A stretch of DNA of 25,313 nucleotides from a virus (Duplodnaviria > Caudoviricetes), in IMG/VR virus record IMGVR_UViG_3300037484_000096, positions 1-25,313 of that record, one strand, 5' to 3'. Made by a program: the position numbers and the translations under genes. Positions 1 to 9,259 of the stretch are shown in pieces. The notes beneath the pieces are model-generated. The model did no database searches. It was not told where the DNA came from and saw only the letters and a list, made by a program, of their open reading frames with translations. Position 1 is the stretch's first letter, and each line of letters starts with the position of its first letter.

Positions 1-75
1 ATATGCAAGCGGGCAGTTAAGGGCAGTAAGATCGGAGTTAAGGGAAATTGAAATTATTCTGAACGAGGTTATAAG

Positions 76-603
76 ATGAAAAAATTTATTGCAGTTATGG
101 TCGTATTAATAGGATTGATGACAGCTTGTGATATGGAATATGGAAAAGCTGAAGAAATAGAGATAGGGAATGTGTATGATTATGATTTTGAGAATGATAT
201 ACCGGAAATGAAAAATATTCAAGAAGCTTATGATTATGTAACTTCTAAATTTGAATACATTGTTGATAAAAAAGATTATTGGCAATTGCCAGAAGAAACA
301 TTCAATAGACGTAGTATAATAAATAAGATGTTAGGAGATTGTGAAGATTCATCTATTATGCTAATGTATTTATTATCGAATAAATTGAATATTGATTCTG
401 AATTAGTAGTTGTATCTATAACTAATTCTAAAACATATCATGCAATAGTTTATATTCCTAATGTTGATTTATTTTATGACACTTCATTTCAGAATATATG
501 GGATATAAAAAAAATAAATAAACATTTTAAAATTATAGAATCATTTTCATACTCTGAAACTTTGTGGATGGCTTATTATTATCATCATCTTATCGGGATA
601 TAG
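76..603 (+). CDS. Lipoprotein with transglutaminase-like cysteine protease domain (BTLCP/LapG-like)
   Basis: MKK plus a hydrophobic stretch ending in lipobox-like LMTA-C18. Motifs DYWQLPEET, GDCEDSS (Cys), YHAIVY (His), FYD (Asp). GAGG upstream of the ATG. AT-rich and opposite strand to the operon. Confidence 0.8.
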   Translation: MKKFIAVMVVLIGLMTACDMEYGKAEEIEIGNVYDYDFENDIPEMKNIQEAYDYVTSKFEYIVDKKDYWQLPEETFNRRSIINKMLGDCEDSSIMLMYLLSNKLNIDSELVVVSITNSKTYHAIVYIPNVDLFYDTSFQNIWDIKKINKHFKIIESFSYSETLWMAYYYHHLIGI

Positions 604-605
604 TA

Positions 606-2072
606 TTACCAAGACATTGATATACCATAAGATCCTGCAGTACTTGTAGCAATAGTAGCAGTGGCAATATCGAAAGTGCCGTATCTTGCATAATATATAG
701 TAATTGTAGTTGATGATGCCCTAATTGCATAACTAAGAAAATAAAAATCAGCTGCACTTGTTATAACTCCATGCAATACAATTAAATCATTTACATTAGG
801 AATAGCTGGAGCTAATCTATCATATATAAATCCAAGATCATTAGTCTCATGTATATAATTTGTTGGCCATCTTCCTTTCCCACTCTTTAAATATCCCGAT
901 GTAGAAATAATATTAGTGCCAACAAGTAAATCAGTCTGCATATTTACATGTTTAGCGAAATCTGCCCCACCATCTACCTGTAAAGCACCTGTATCTGCTC
1001 CCGTGCATTCCGTTGTGTTGGTTATTACGATGTTGCCAGCGTTTGCACCTGCTGTACCAATCAGTGCATTTGTTCCGTTATGTTGAATTGTTATATACTC
1101 TCCTGCGTCTGCGGAAAGTATTCTCAAATATGCAGTTGCACCAGCAGAAAAAATATTAACTATTGGAGCAGTTGCACCTGGATAAAAACTAATTTCCCCA
1201 GTAGCTTCTCCGCTTGCAATAATTAAACTTCCTCCATCTGCAACTCCTATCGTTGCATAACTCCCAGCATCATATCCTATTCTAACTTGTGGATTTGTAG
1301 TTGACATGACGTGGAGAGGGTTGGAGGGAGTGACACCGATGCCGAACGGTTTATCAGTGTAAATATTTCCTGAATTTGTGCTTATCAACGCATTTGTATC
1401 ATTATGTATTAACGATATATATTTGTCATTACCTGCTGAATAAATATATAACGGGATGCCATTTCTAATGCCGATATTTCCGGCATTATCGATCAATAGC
1501 ATTTCAGTATTATTCGTCCCGATAACAATATCAGTATTCTCGTAATTCCAGATTCTGCCTTGCTCGGATGCGTCAAGACCAATGTCAAGTCCGTCTGCGG
1601 CTGTTGCGCCTGTTGTTGAATTCGTAAAGTGTGATACAGATGCCGCTGAGTCTTCCTGATGAATGTGTAAATTTGTCCCAGCTACCGGAGCAACTTTAAT
1701 TCCTAATGGTTCATTAACATATCCGTCAAGTAGAGTTATTCCTTCAATCGTTACACCTGCACTTCCTGTGTATTCATTTATTATATCGACTTTCATTATA
1801 TCAAGTACGGATATACCTGCCCCGCCTTCAGAGTCTATTGCATTGATTAAAAACTGATGTGAACTATTCCAGAACTGGTTAAAGTAATTTATCCAGTAAT
1901 AATTTCCTCTATGAATCCAGTTCATTTTATTTGAACCGGGTTTCTGAAGATACTGCCAGCCTTTTTCTTTCTCGTCCGTAGTAGGTTCTGTGACGTTTAC
2001 ACGCCCGCCAGGATCAGTGTAATCTGTTGTTGCGAATTCTGGTATATATAGTGGTTTTGCATTAAAAGACAT
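606..2072 (-). CDS. Tail fibre / receptor-binding protein
   Basis: Last gene after the baseplate wedge genes. N-terminus PEFAT...EPT..EKEKGW...KP....MNW resembles myovirus fibre attachment regions. Gly/Asn/Thr-rich beta-repeat motifs (IDNAGNIGI, GIGVTPSNPLHV, GALQVDGG). RBS AGGAG. Confidence 0.85.
   Translation of the reverse strand: MSFNAKPLYIPEFATTDYTDPGGRVNVTEPTTDEKEKGWQYLQKPGSNKMNWIHRGNYYWINYFNQFWNSSHQFLINAIDSEGGAGISVLDIMKVDIINEYTGSAGVTIEGITLLDGYVNEPLGIKVAPVAGTNLHIHQEDSAASVSHFTNSTTGATAADGLDIGLDASEQGRIWNYENTDIVIGTNNTEMLLIDNAGNIGIRNGIPLYIYSAGNDKYISLIHNDTNALISTNSGNIYTDKPFGIGVTPSNPLHVMSTTNPQVRIGYDAGSYATIGVADGGSLIIASGEATGEISFYPGATAPIVNIFSAGATAYLRILSADAGEYITIQHNGTNALIGTAGANAGNIVITNTTECTGADTGALQVDGGADFAKHVNMQTDLLVGTNIISTSGYLKSGKGRWPTNYIHETNDLGFIYDRLAPAIPNVNDLIVLHGVITSAADFYFLSYAIRASSTTITIYYARYGTFDIATATIATSTAGSYGISMSW
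1030..1452 (-). repeat. Diverged internal duplication in the tail fibre (two ~30-aa units)
   Basis: LYIYSAGNDKYISLIHNDTNALISTNSGNI (~1362-1452) versus LRILSADAGEYITIQHNGTNALIGTAGANAGNI (~1030-1130). Boundaries are approximate. Confidence 0.7.
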
Positions 2073-2083
2073 ATTATTTCTCC

Positions 2084-2647
2084 TTAAATTGAATAACTAA
2101 ACTCCCCGCCCAAAACTTCTGTACTGTGACCAAATCCTAAACCGGATGTATCACCTTCAAATACAAACGGATATAATGATTCTGAATAACTTATATTCAT
2201 TCCCACTCCTGCGGCTTTACTATCCATTAAAACATCAGATTCATCTCCTACGAGTTCAAGCATATTAGTATAAAGCTGAAATCTTGCAGGCGGTATTTCC
2301 TGTATCCTCACGGTGTCCGCAGGATCATTTTTAAATAAATTACATACTCGTAATATGTCAGGTATTGAACCTGATGATATGTTCTTTGCAATTGCTATAT
2401 AAAGATCAATTCTATAACTCGCGTCAGTCTGCCCGCCCGCGCGCGTGGCATTAACCAGTTTCCCTATCTGGTCAAGGTTCTTTCCGGTCATTGTATCTAT
2501 CAGGAAAAGCATATAACAAAACGTAATCTGACCGAGTAATTCGTCAAGTTGCTCTGAAAAAATAGTCCACAACTTGCCGAAATTACTCGTAGTTTCCCTG
2601 TTCAACCATGACTGCGGAACATATTGTAAATAGTCTATTGTTGCCAT
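2084..2647 (-). CDS. Baseplate wedge protein (DUF2612 / gpI-like)
   Basis: Directly after baseplate J. Motifs IDTMTGKNLDQIGKLVNATR, DASYRIDL and KAAGVG are typical of this position. Confidence 0.8.
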   Translation of the reverse strand: MATIDYLQYVPQSWLNRETTSNFGKLWTIFSEQLDELLGQITFCYMLFLIDTMTGKNLDQIGKLVNATRAGGQTDASYRIDLYIAIAKNISSGSIPDILRVCNLFKNDPADTVRIQEIPPARFQLYTNMLELVGDESDVLMDSKAAGVGMNISYSESLYPFVFEGDTSGLGFGHSTEVLGGEFSYSI

Positions 2648-3843
2648 TACGTGACCACCACTGTTATATATCCCGGATTATCACATCGGCTAACTTCATT
2701 ATTTCCGATTGTTAATTTTGCCGAACTTGTTGGAGTAGTAGGATAAAACGCAATCTTAATATCAGGCGTCGATTCTATCCCTGTTATATCGTCAAACTGC
2801 GCAATTATATTCCATGTCCTCACGTCTACACCTACTCCCAAGCCTTCGTATTCTGTCGCTACCGTACCTATCGTATCGACTCCGCCTATAGCCTTAACTA
2901 CTGCTGTCTTGACTGCTGTCTCATTTGTTGATACCCATTCCGCATTACTCGTTATATTTACTATAACATTTATATACTTAGTTGTCGGCACGCCCCACTT
3001 AATTAAGTGGCTGTCTCCGTTTTCGTCAAGCACATAATAAGTTTCACTTCCATAACTCGCAATTCCCGCAGGCTTCGCGTTAAATATTGCAGTTGCTATA
3101 TCGACATCTAAAGCCGACCCGCCAACTACACAATAAACAGAGTGAGGCGGTAAACTGTCAACTGTCGCATCCGTGTCATTCTCGTATACTCTCGCTGTAA
3201 TAACACCGTCAACATCATATAAAGCGTTCAGTATCGCAGGCACTGAAGACCCGCCCTGCTCTTGACGCTCAATAAATCTTTGTCTTAACTCATAGTCTGT
3301 TTCAATCGGAAGCCCGCCTGTTGACGGCGCAGGATTTGAAACGCCATCTATACCGGAAACAGGATTAACAATTTCAACAAGCGACCCCGCACGCACGACT
3401 CCGGTTTCACCTGCGACAATCGCCCTTGCTTCAATATTGACACCTGATGTCACCGCAGTTCCTGAACCTATAGTTTCAAATTGTATCCCACCGGATGTCT
3501 GAGTCAAGAATCCCAGAGGCACTTCCACGCTTGTTCCGCTTATGCTTAAAGAAACAAGTGCCTTTGTCGCTGGCCGTCTCGTTATACCTCCAAGCTGACA
3601 TACTCTGTCAAGGCTCACCCCTTCAGCGGTATCTGCAAACATTGAAGCATATAAGTCTTCAAAGTCTTCCCATGAATCCGATAAAGCCTTTGACATAAGC
3701 TGATTAAAAAGTCCTACTGCACCATACTCGGAAAGTTCAACATCATTTCCGAAAAGCTCTTTTGCTTTGTCGTTTGCTTCTTCTACTATATCATCATAGG
3801 TTTTGAGGACAAACCCGCTATCCGTCACACCGAAAACACTCAT
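2647..3843 (-). CDS. Baseplate J-like protein
   Basis: GVTDSGFVLKT, TAEGVSLDRVCQLGGITRRPAT, GGLPIETDYELRQR, VYENDT..TVDSLPPHSV, KPAGIASYG; 398 aa. Confidence 0.92.
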   Translation of the reverse strand: MSVFGVTDSGFVLKTYDDIVEEANDKAKELFGNDVELSEYGAVGLFNQLMSKALSDSWEDFEDLYASMFADTAEGVSLDRVCQLGGITRRPATKALVSLSISGTSVEVPLGFLTQTSGGIQFETIGSGTAVTSGVNIEARAIVAGETGVVRAGSLVEIVNPVSGIDGVSNPAPSTGGLPIETDYELRQRFIERQEQGGSSVPAILNALYDVDGVITARVYENDTDATVDSLPPHSVYCVVGGSALDVDIATAIFNAKPAGIASYGSETYYVLDENGDSHLIKWGVPTTKYINVIVNITSNAEWVSTNETAVKTAVVKAIGGVDTIGTVATEYEGLGVGVDVRTWNIIAQFDDITGIESTPDIKIAFYPTTPTSSAKLTIGNNEVSRCDNPGYITVVVT

Positions 3844-4529
3844 TTTAATACCTCTTTTCTATTATTTTGAGCATCAATTCTGGCTTGCGTCCATGGAATG
3901 CCTTTTTTTCTACCTTTTAAAGCATTACGTATTTTATTTTTATGTTCTTCACTTAAATGCTTTCCATAAAAATGATGTTTTTCTCCTGCAAGTTTACCTT
4001 TATGCCATTCTCTATTTCTCTGAATAACTTCCTCGGAATAAACCCCAGTTTTACCTTTACTCCATGATTTCATTATTCCTTTAGTCCCTTTATTCCATGG
4101 AATATTTTTTTTTGCCTTTAAAGATTTACTTATTTTTTCTTTAGTTTCTTTAGAATGGGATTTACCTTTACGATATGTATTCCCTTTATTTATATTTTTT
4201 AATTTTTCATTGTGGTTTTCAGACATTTTTAATCCAGATGCCCCTTCTCCACCGTTAGTTAAATTATAAACTTTACCCATTTTTCTATAACAAGCTATAT
4301 AAAATTTTTCAAGTATATTAAGTTTACTTTCTGAATCTGTTTCACATAATATTTCCCATTGAAAATTTTCTTTCCCATATTTATGAATTGCTCTATGAAA
4401 ATATAAATTTGAATTATTATTACTCATAATAAAATGTCTTTGTTTTCTTTTTTCTAATTCTAACAATGTTTTCCCTATATATATGTTATTATTTATTATA
4501 TTAGTTGCTTTATAAACTAAACCACTCAT
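3840..4529 (-). CDS. Free-standing GIY-YIG homing endonuclease with NUMOD3-type DNA-binding repeats
   Basis: GLVYKATN...IYIGKT (GIY-YIG variant), RAIHKYGKENFQWEIL, LE..YI, YNLTNGGEG. C-terminal repeats HSKETKEKISKSLK and HHFYGKHLSEEHKNKIRNALKG. Visibly more AT-rich than its flanks. Confidence 0.92.
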   Translation of the reverse strand: MSGLVYKATNIINNNIYIGKTLLELEKRKQRHFIMSNNNSNLYFHRAIHKYGKENFQWEILCETDSESKLNILEKFYIACYRKMGKVYNLTNGGEGASGLKMSENHNEKLKNINKGNTYRKGKSHSKETKEKISKSLKAKKNIPWNKGTKGIMKSWSKGKTGVYSEEVIQRNREWHKGKLAGEKHHFYGKHLSEEHKNKIRNALKGRKKGIPWTQARIDAQNNRKEVLK

Positions 4530-4870
4530 ATTGTTCCCTCCAGAAGTCCTTCAGTTGTTTCCGCGTTAAAATATCCTGTCATTGTTCTTGTCGTGTTGTC
4601 ATAAGTAACATTTAATTCTTTAAGTCTTAATACTCTTGAATCGGCTGTAATTGCATCTTTTAACGTTTTTCTTGCTTTCTCCTGTAACAACTGTTTGCTC
4701 TCAAATAGTGTCATATAATCAACTCCGCTGTCAGACGATAAAAACCATTCACCTTTCCAGAGTTTTAACCGTGATTCTATGACTTCAGCCAAAGCATCAA
4801 CTCCGGTAAGTTCAGTTAATGTTCTATCCGAAAAAACCAGATCATTATTATGTATGCTAAATGTCATCAT
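4526..4870 (-). CDS. Baseplate wedge / sheath initiator (gp25/gpW-like)
   Basis: 114 aa, between spike and baseplate J. Motif RLKLWKGEWFLSSDSGVDY. Confidence 0.8.
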   Translation of the reverse strand: MMTFSIHNNDLVFSDRTLTELTGVDALAEVIESRLKLWKGEWFLSSDSGVDYMTLFESKQLLQEKARKTLKDAITADSRVLRLKELNVTYDNTTRTMTGYFNAETTEGLLEGTI

Positions 4871-5478
4871 GTTATTTTAACGTCCTGACTTTTAAATGTT
4901 TCTATCTGCCCTTTTAAAATTGTCGCTGCTGTCTTAATTGCCGTTAATGCTACTGCATTTTGTGCAACTGTCCCCGGTACTATTTGAGAAACCGTGTCCA
5001 AAAATGTATTAAACGCATCAAGAAAAGTCTTTCCTTTGATTGCAGGTTCAGCCGTTCCACTTGACTTTCCCATCACAAGACCGGATTCCTTCTGTGCTAT
5101 TGTAGCCGAGTAATTCTCTTTCACTATCGCACCCAGGACACAAGCATTATGCAGCATGTGCGTCTTTTCTGATTCTGCCCTTGTGTATTCCTGAACCGGA
5201 TTTTCAATGTCAAATGTACTAAATCCTACCCATACAAGATCACCCTTGGCATAATTCGGTTTAATAAAATAGTTACCTTGCTTTTGTACTATGACTGGAA
5301 CATTTATTAATACCGGATATTCAGTTTCAACTCCATAGGCGTTCTTATATTTCATCAGCGGTTTAACGTCTGCCCGCCATTTCGCAGTATCAAATTTTTC
5401 AATTTTACATACAAGTCCGGTCTGAACATATCTTAATTTACGGTTTATGAATTTTTCTATGAACTCAATATATTTCAT
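4867..5478 (-). CDS. Baseplate central spike (Gp138/gpV-like)
   Basis: N-terminal OB-fold-like motifs (ADVKPL, PVLINVPV, KGDLVWVGFS..DIE, H.L.NA) and position after the hub gene. Confidence 0.8.
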   Translation of the reverse strand: MKYIEFIEKFINRKLRYVQTGLVCKIEKFDTAKWRADVKPLMKYKNAYGVETEYPVLINVPVIVQKQGNYFIKPNYAKGDLVWVGFSTFDIENPVQEYTRAESEKTHMLHNACVLGAIVKENYSATIAQKESGLVMGKSSGTAEPAIKGKTFLDAFNTFLDTVSQIVPGTVAQNAVALTAIKTAATILKGQIETFKSQDVKIT

Positions 5479-6278
5479 ACTTCAACCGCCTTAAACTCGC
5501 ATTCAGACTGTCCAAATGTTGAAAATTTCTTTTTCGCTTCCGTAATCTGTACGAAAGTCTTGTCAAAAAAATTGTCCTTGATCTGCACTACACTCCCGCC
5601 CTGAACTTTATATAAAAATAAAGTATTAAACTTGTATCCTTCCAGACTCTTTTCAATACCGCCCACAAGACCGGATTCAGGCGATATAAAAGCTATTGAC
5701 TTCTTGACAGGCCTTGACTCAACCATTATAACACCGTCTTTAATGTAATACTGTGCCCCGGCTTCAGATACAAGGTTCTCAAATGAATCTTTAAAGCCTC
5801 CGGCGGTAAAGGCTTTCATTGGCTTATCACCTGATAATGTAACCTGTCCTTTAGCACCTACAGTCTTGATCATATCTGTTATGACGTTTCCCATAGTTTG
5901 ATTCTTGTAAGTCTTTCCTACGTCCGCATTTGACAAAGTCCCTGTAAGGTCTCCGATCGTTAATTCAAGTACCGTGTCAACGCCTTGACGGTATACTCTA
6001 TAATCGCTTATCTCACCTGTTAGAACTGTTCCATAATCGTTTTCAAATCCTGCCTTTATTTCAACTGCTGCAAATTCTCTTGTATCGCCTTTCTTCTTTC
6101 CTTCAGCTTTTCTTATTGTTGTAGGAGCTGGATTATAAAGTCTTGCCTTTGTCACAGCCGCAGAACTCATGCTAAACGACTGTTCAAATTCAATTGAAAA
6201 AGGCGGGTATGTAAATAATGACCCTCCGATATTTAACTCACATACTTTTCTGAATAGTGCTTTATCAGGCAATGACAT
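5475..6278 (-). CDS. Baseplate hub protein
   Basis: RLYNPAP, VEIKAGFENDYGTVLTGEI, ISPESGLVG; 267 aa; synteny. Confidence 0.75.
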   Translation of the reverse strand: MSLPDKALFRKVCELNIGGSLFTYPPFSIEFEQSFSMSSAAVTKARLYNPAPTTIRKAEGKKKGDTREFAAVEIKAGFENDYGTVLTGEISDYRVYRQGVDTVLELTIGDLTGTLSNADVGKTYKNQTMGNVITDMIKTVGAKGQVTLSGDKPMKAFTAGGFKDSFENLVSEAGAQYYIKDGVIMVESRPVKKSIAFISPESGLVGGIEKSLEGYKFNTLFLYKVQGGSVVQIKDNFFDKTFVQITEAKKKFSTFGQSECEFKAVEV

Positions 6279-6588
6279 GTATCTTAACCCTATCCATGTT
6301 TGTACTGTTAAAAACAGTCTCTAAAATCTTATCAGTAAATAAGTCATTAAAATTAAACGGCACAAGAGGATCAATTTCAAATCCGTCTATGACCGCATGC
6401 ACAACCTCTCCAGCATATACTAAACGTGTCGTATAGATTATATTGTCTTCAAGGTCTCTTATCTCACAGTATATCTTGTCATATTTTTCGTTCTTACGAA
6501 ATACGAAATTATATAATTCTCCGTTAAGTTCAAATATCTTACTTACCGGAAGCTCATCTGCTGTTAAAGGTAAATAACTTAATTCCAT
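6265..6588 (-). CDS. Small baseplate protein (plug-like)
   Basis: 107 aa between the tube-initiator and hub genes, with FELNGELYNFVFRKN. The call rests mainly on position. Confidence 0.6.
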   Translation of the reverse strand: MELSYLPLTADELPVSKIFELNGELYNFVFRKNEKYDKIYCEIRDLEDNIIYTTRLVYAGEVVHAVIDGFEIDPLVPFNFNDLFTDKILETVFNSTNMDRVKIHVIA

Positions 6589-7166
6589 TAAAAAATTCCT
6601 TTTAACATACTTTGATTTTTCCCTGCTGTCGCATCACCTGTTTTCCCGTTTGTTCCTTTCGGAGTCTGCCCTTTCTGATTTGCTGAATTCTGTTTCGCTG
6701 TTGTCGGAGCTTCAACTGATTGAGCAGTTGCAACATTTATCTTTTTAAGCCCGATTGAAAGCTTAACTCCCTTTCCTGTTTCTTGTGTCTTTGACTTATT
6801 GAGTGATGCTATTATTAAATTTTCAATATCCTGATCTTGTCCGAAATATGTTAAAGTCTGTTTGTTGTTTTTAAACAAAAGTAAATAATCCATACGCTCT
6901 TTAATCGTCGGATTGGTTAATGATGTCGGATCAAGTATATCATAATCGTCATCTGTTAAAACAGCTTCGACTGTATATTCTTCAGTTCTGTTATTTACAT
7001 TATCAGTAATATCCGCGCCGCTTTGTATTGCGTGTTGTGTAACATCTGCCTGTTGTGATTCGCTAAAACTTATCACAACATCAAGCTGAACGTCATAAGC
7101 AAGATTGCTTAATACTGCCCTTGTTCTGCCCCCGACTGCGTTTGTTACTCTCTCCGTGACTGGCAT
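6588..7166 (-). CDS. Distal tail / tube initiator (Dit-like) baseplate protein
   Basis: Follows the tape measure. LDVVISFSESQQADVTQHAIQSGADITDNV motif and a low-complexity C-terminal tail. Confidence 0.75.
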   Translation of the reverse strand: MPVTERVTNAVGGRTRAVLSNLAYDVQLDVVISFSESQQADVTQHAIQSGADITDNVNNRTEEYTVEAVLTDDDYDILDPTSLTNPTIKERMDYLLLFKNNKQTLTYFGQDQDIENLIIASLNKSKTQETGKGVKLSIGLKKINVATAQSVEAPTTAKQNSANQKGQTPKGTNGKTGDATAGKNQSMLKGIF

Positions 7167-8773
7167 TACATCACCCCCGCAGCTGTTGGGAATACATTAC
7201 TTGCCAAGTCATTTAACGCATCCAGAACTTTCATTTTAATTTCTTCAACACCTTCCTGAACATTGGAAACTGATATATTTATTGACCCTACAAGAGTATG
7301 AACAGTTACCCCGCCAAAAGACCCGGCTGGAGTGATATAACCAGCCTGTGACGGCGTGAATAATTCAGCCCCTTCCTCACCTACCATATAAGGAGTTCCC
7401 GCACTCACGGCCCCGCCGCTTGCTTTGCCTTCTACACTTTTCCCCGGCATTTTAAAGTCTTTGATTAATAATGGCAGGTTTATTCCAGGTATCGACTTTA
7501 ACAATATGTCTTTCGCTTCCTGCCCGAAATTTATCCCGGTTAAATTCTTTAATATGTTATTGAATTCAGTAAGTTTCTGAATTGCAATTTTGATAATTTC
7601 AACGCCTTTATTAAGATTCTCAAAGGAAAGCAGGCCGCCAAGCGTTAGCATATTCATTACTGTATCTTTAATTACTGTTAAAAATCCTGTAAGCTCGTCC
7701 TTTGTTATTCCCAGATATTTCATCAGGTCACCAAAATAAGAATCACCTCCCTGAAAGAAAGTGTATATGTCCTGACCTACAAGAAAAAGAATTGCAAATG
7801 CTGCCCCTATCGCTAAGGCAATCGCAAGGAACGGAGCAAGCGGAGCCATAGCTGCCCATACAGAAGTTGCTAATGCATAAAAAGCCCCGACCAACATAAC
7901 CCCTATTACGGGAACAAGTGTAATTAAAACAGCTTTGAGAATTGCCATACCTCTTTCAGTCTTCGCAAAAGCTACAATTCCTTGTATAACCTTAATTAAA
8001 ATTTTAAGTAAAGGTTTAAGCCCTTGCATTATTATATCCCCGAAAGCTCGCCCGATAGACTTCATTGCGCCTGATAAAGTTGATGTTAATCCGTGCCAAG
8101 TCTCTGACTGCTTCTCCATCATTTTGTAAAACTTCCCACCTTCCCCGGTAGCCGACATAAAAGCATTACGCACCATATCAAACGACACAAGCCCCTTGCT
8201 CATCTCATCTTTAAGTTGTGCCATTGATTTTCCAGTAGTCTTTGACATCTCCTGAAGTGGATTGAATCCTTGATTTATCATTTGTAGCAAGTCTTGACCC
8301 ATCAATTTTCCCTGACTGCTAACCTGCCCGAATGCAAGACTTAACCTGCTGAACTTTTCAGCATTCCCGCCGGACACGTCTCCCAGCATTTGTATTGACG
8401 GCATTATATCATCTGCCGCAATCCCGAAATTGAGGAGCATTTTAGCAGCGTCAGTAATTTGCATATCTTCAAACGGAGTAACGTCGGAGAACTTAATGAG
8501 TTGATCAAGCATTGATTTCGCTGCGTCTGCGCTGCCGAGCATGACTTCAAAGGATGTTGTGGTATCTTCCATTTGTGCGGATAGTTCAACAAGACTTCCT
8601 ATTGCAGAGAAAGTCTTTTTGATAAACATCGCCCCGCCGATTGCCTGCATAGCCCCTTGAAGACCAATTGCCTTAGCCTTCGAGCCGTCCATTTTGCTAT
8701 CGACTTTATCAATAGTCTTTGAGGCTTCGTCTTTGAACTTTATAACGCCGTATATTTCCCTGAATATGTTCAT
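7166..8773 (-). CDS. Tape measure protein (short, 535 aa)
   Basis: SFEVMLGSADAAK, VTPFED, AFGQVSSQGKLMGQDLLQMINQGFNPL, hydrophobic TM-like segments, C-terminal ASGGAV..GTPYMVGEEGAELFTP. Confidence 0.93.
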   Translation of the reverse strand: MNIFREIYGVIKFKDEASKTIDKVDSKMDGSKAKAIGLQGAMQAIGGAMFIKKTFSAIGSLVELSAQMEDTTTSFEVMLGSADAAKSMLDQLIKFSDVTPFEDMQITDAAKMLLNFGIAADDIMPSIQMLGDVSGGNAEKFSRLSLAFGQVSSQGKLMGQDLLQMINQGFNPLQEMSKTTGKSMAQLKDEMSKGLVSFDMVRNAFMSATGEGGKFYKMMEKQSETWHGLTSTLSGAMKSIGRAFGDIIMQGLKPLLKILIKVIQGIVAFAKTERGMAILKAVLITLVPVIGVMLVGAFYALATSVWAAMAPLAPFLAIALAIGAAFAILFLVGQDIYTFFQGGDSYFGDLMKYLGITKDELTGFLTVIKDTVMNMLTLGGLLSFENLNKGVEIIKIAIQKLTEFNNILKNLTGINFGQEAKDILLKSIPGINLPLLIKDFKMPGKSVEGKASGGAVSAGTPYMVGEEGAELFTPSQAGYITPAGSFGGVTVHTLVGSINISVSNVQEGVEEIKMKVLDALNDLASNVFPTAAGVM

Positions 8774-9012
8774 TTCTTTTTCTTGCTTGCGGCCTTCTCT
8801 GTTAAAAATTTATTATCTAAAGCCGCATTCGCTTCGTTCAATAATTCAGGATCACCTTCTGCGGCTTCTGTAAAACTTAATACCTGATATACTACAGGTC
8901 GCCAGAAAAACCATTCCCGTTTAACCTTCTGCCTGTAGTAACTTGCGCCCTTCCTTGAGTGCTTGCTTATTATCCGGCCATACGTATCCAGCATCAAGCT
9001 GCCCTCTAAGAA
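8770..9012 (-). CDS. Tail assembly chaperone C-terminal extension (T-like frame)
   Basis: Overlapping +1 frame between chaperone and tape measure, with WFFWRPV...EANAALD. Its stop overlaps the tape measure ATG (ATGA). The start is uncertain (frameshift or internal ATG); the upstream boundary is set at the candidate shift site. Confidence 0.65.
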   Translation of the reverse strand, partial: FLEGSLMLDTYGRIISKHSRKGASYYRQKVKREWFFWRPVVYQVLSFTEAAEGDPELLNEANAALDNKFLTEKAASKKKK

Positions 9013-9250
9013 ATCGTGGTAAAACAGTCTGCCAGACCTCCAGATCATCAAGTGAAACAGTATCAAGGTCAAGTTTCCCGCCTGTTTCTGGGAATACTAC
9101 ATTTTCAAAACTATAGTCCAGCATTGTTTCAAGATTGAATGTGTCATTCTTCGGGTTATAGAGAGAAGCCTGTAGTTTAAGCCATTCCCTATTCCCCGGA
9201 TGCTGTAATTTATACACTTTGCCGTTAATTACGACTTTGTTAGTTATCAT
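8921..9250 (-). CDS. Tail assembly chaperone (G-like)
   Basis: 109 aa between tube and tape measure; YKLQHPGNREWLKL; RBS AGAGG. Confidence 0.8.
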   Translation of the reverse strand: MITNKVVINGKVYKLQHPGNREWLKLQASLYNPKNDTFNLETMLDYSFENVVFPETGGKLDLDTVSLDDLEVWQTVLPRFLRGQLDAGYVWPDNKQALKEGRKLLQAEG

Positions 9251-9259
9251 AAACCTCTT

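Noticed and set aside
11-44. Short repeats GGGCAGT(T)AAG / GTTAAGGG upstream of the lipoprotein gene
   Set aside because: Too short, imperfect and at the window edge to distinguish from chance.
606-2072. Diversity-generating retroelement or invertible tail-fibre cassette
   Set aside because: No reverse transcriptase, template repeat, invertase or alternative fibre ends seen in the window; they could exist outside it.
3840-4529. Group I intron around the GIY-YIG gene
   Set aside because: The ORF overlaps both neighbours directly, leaving no room for ribozyme sequence, and both neighbours look intact.
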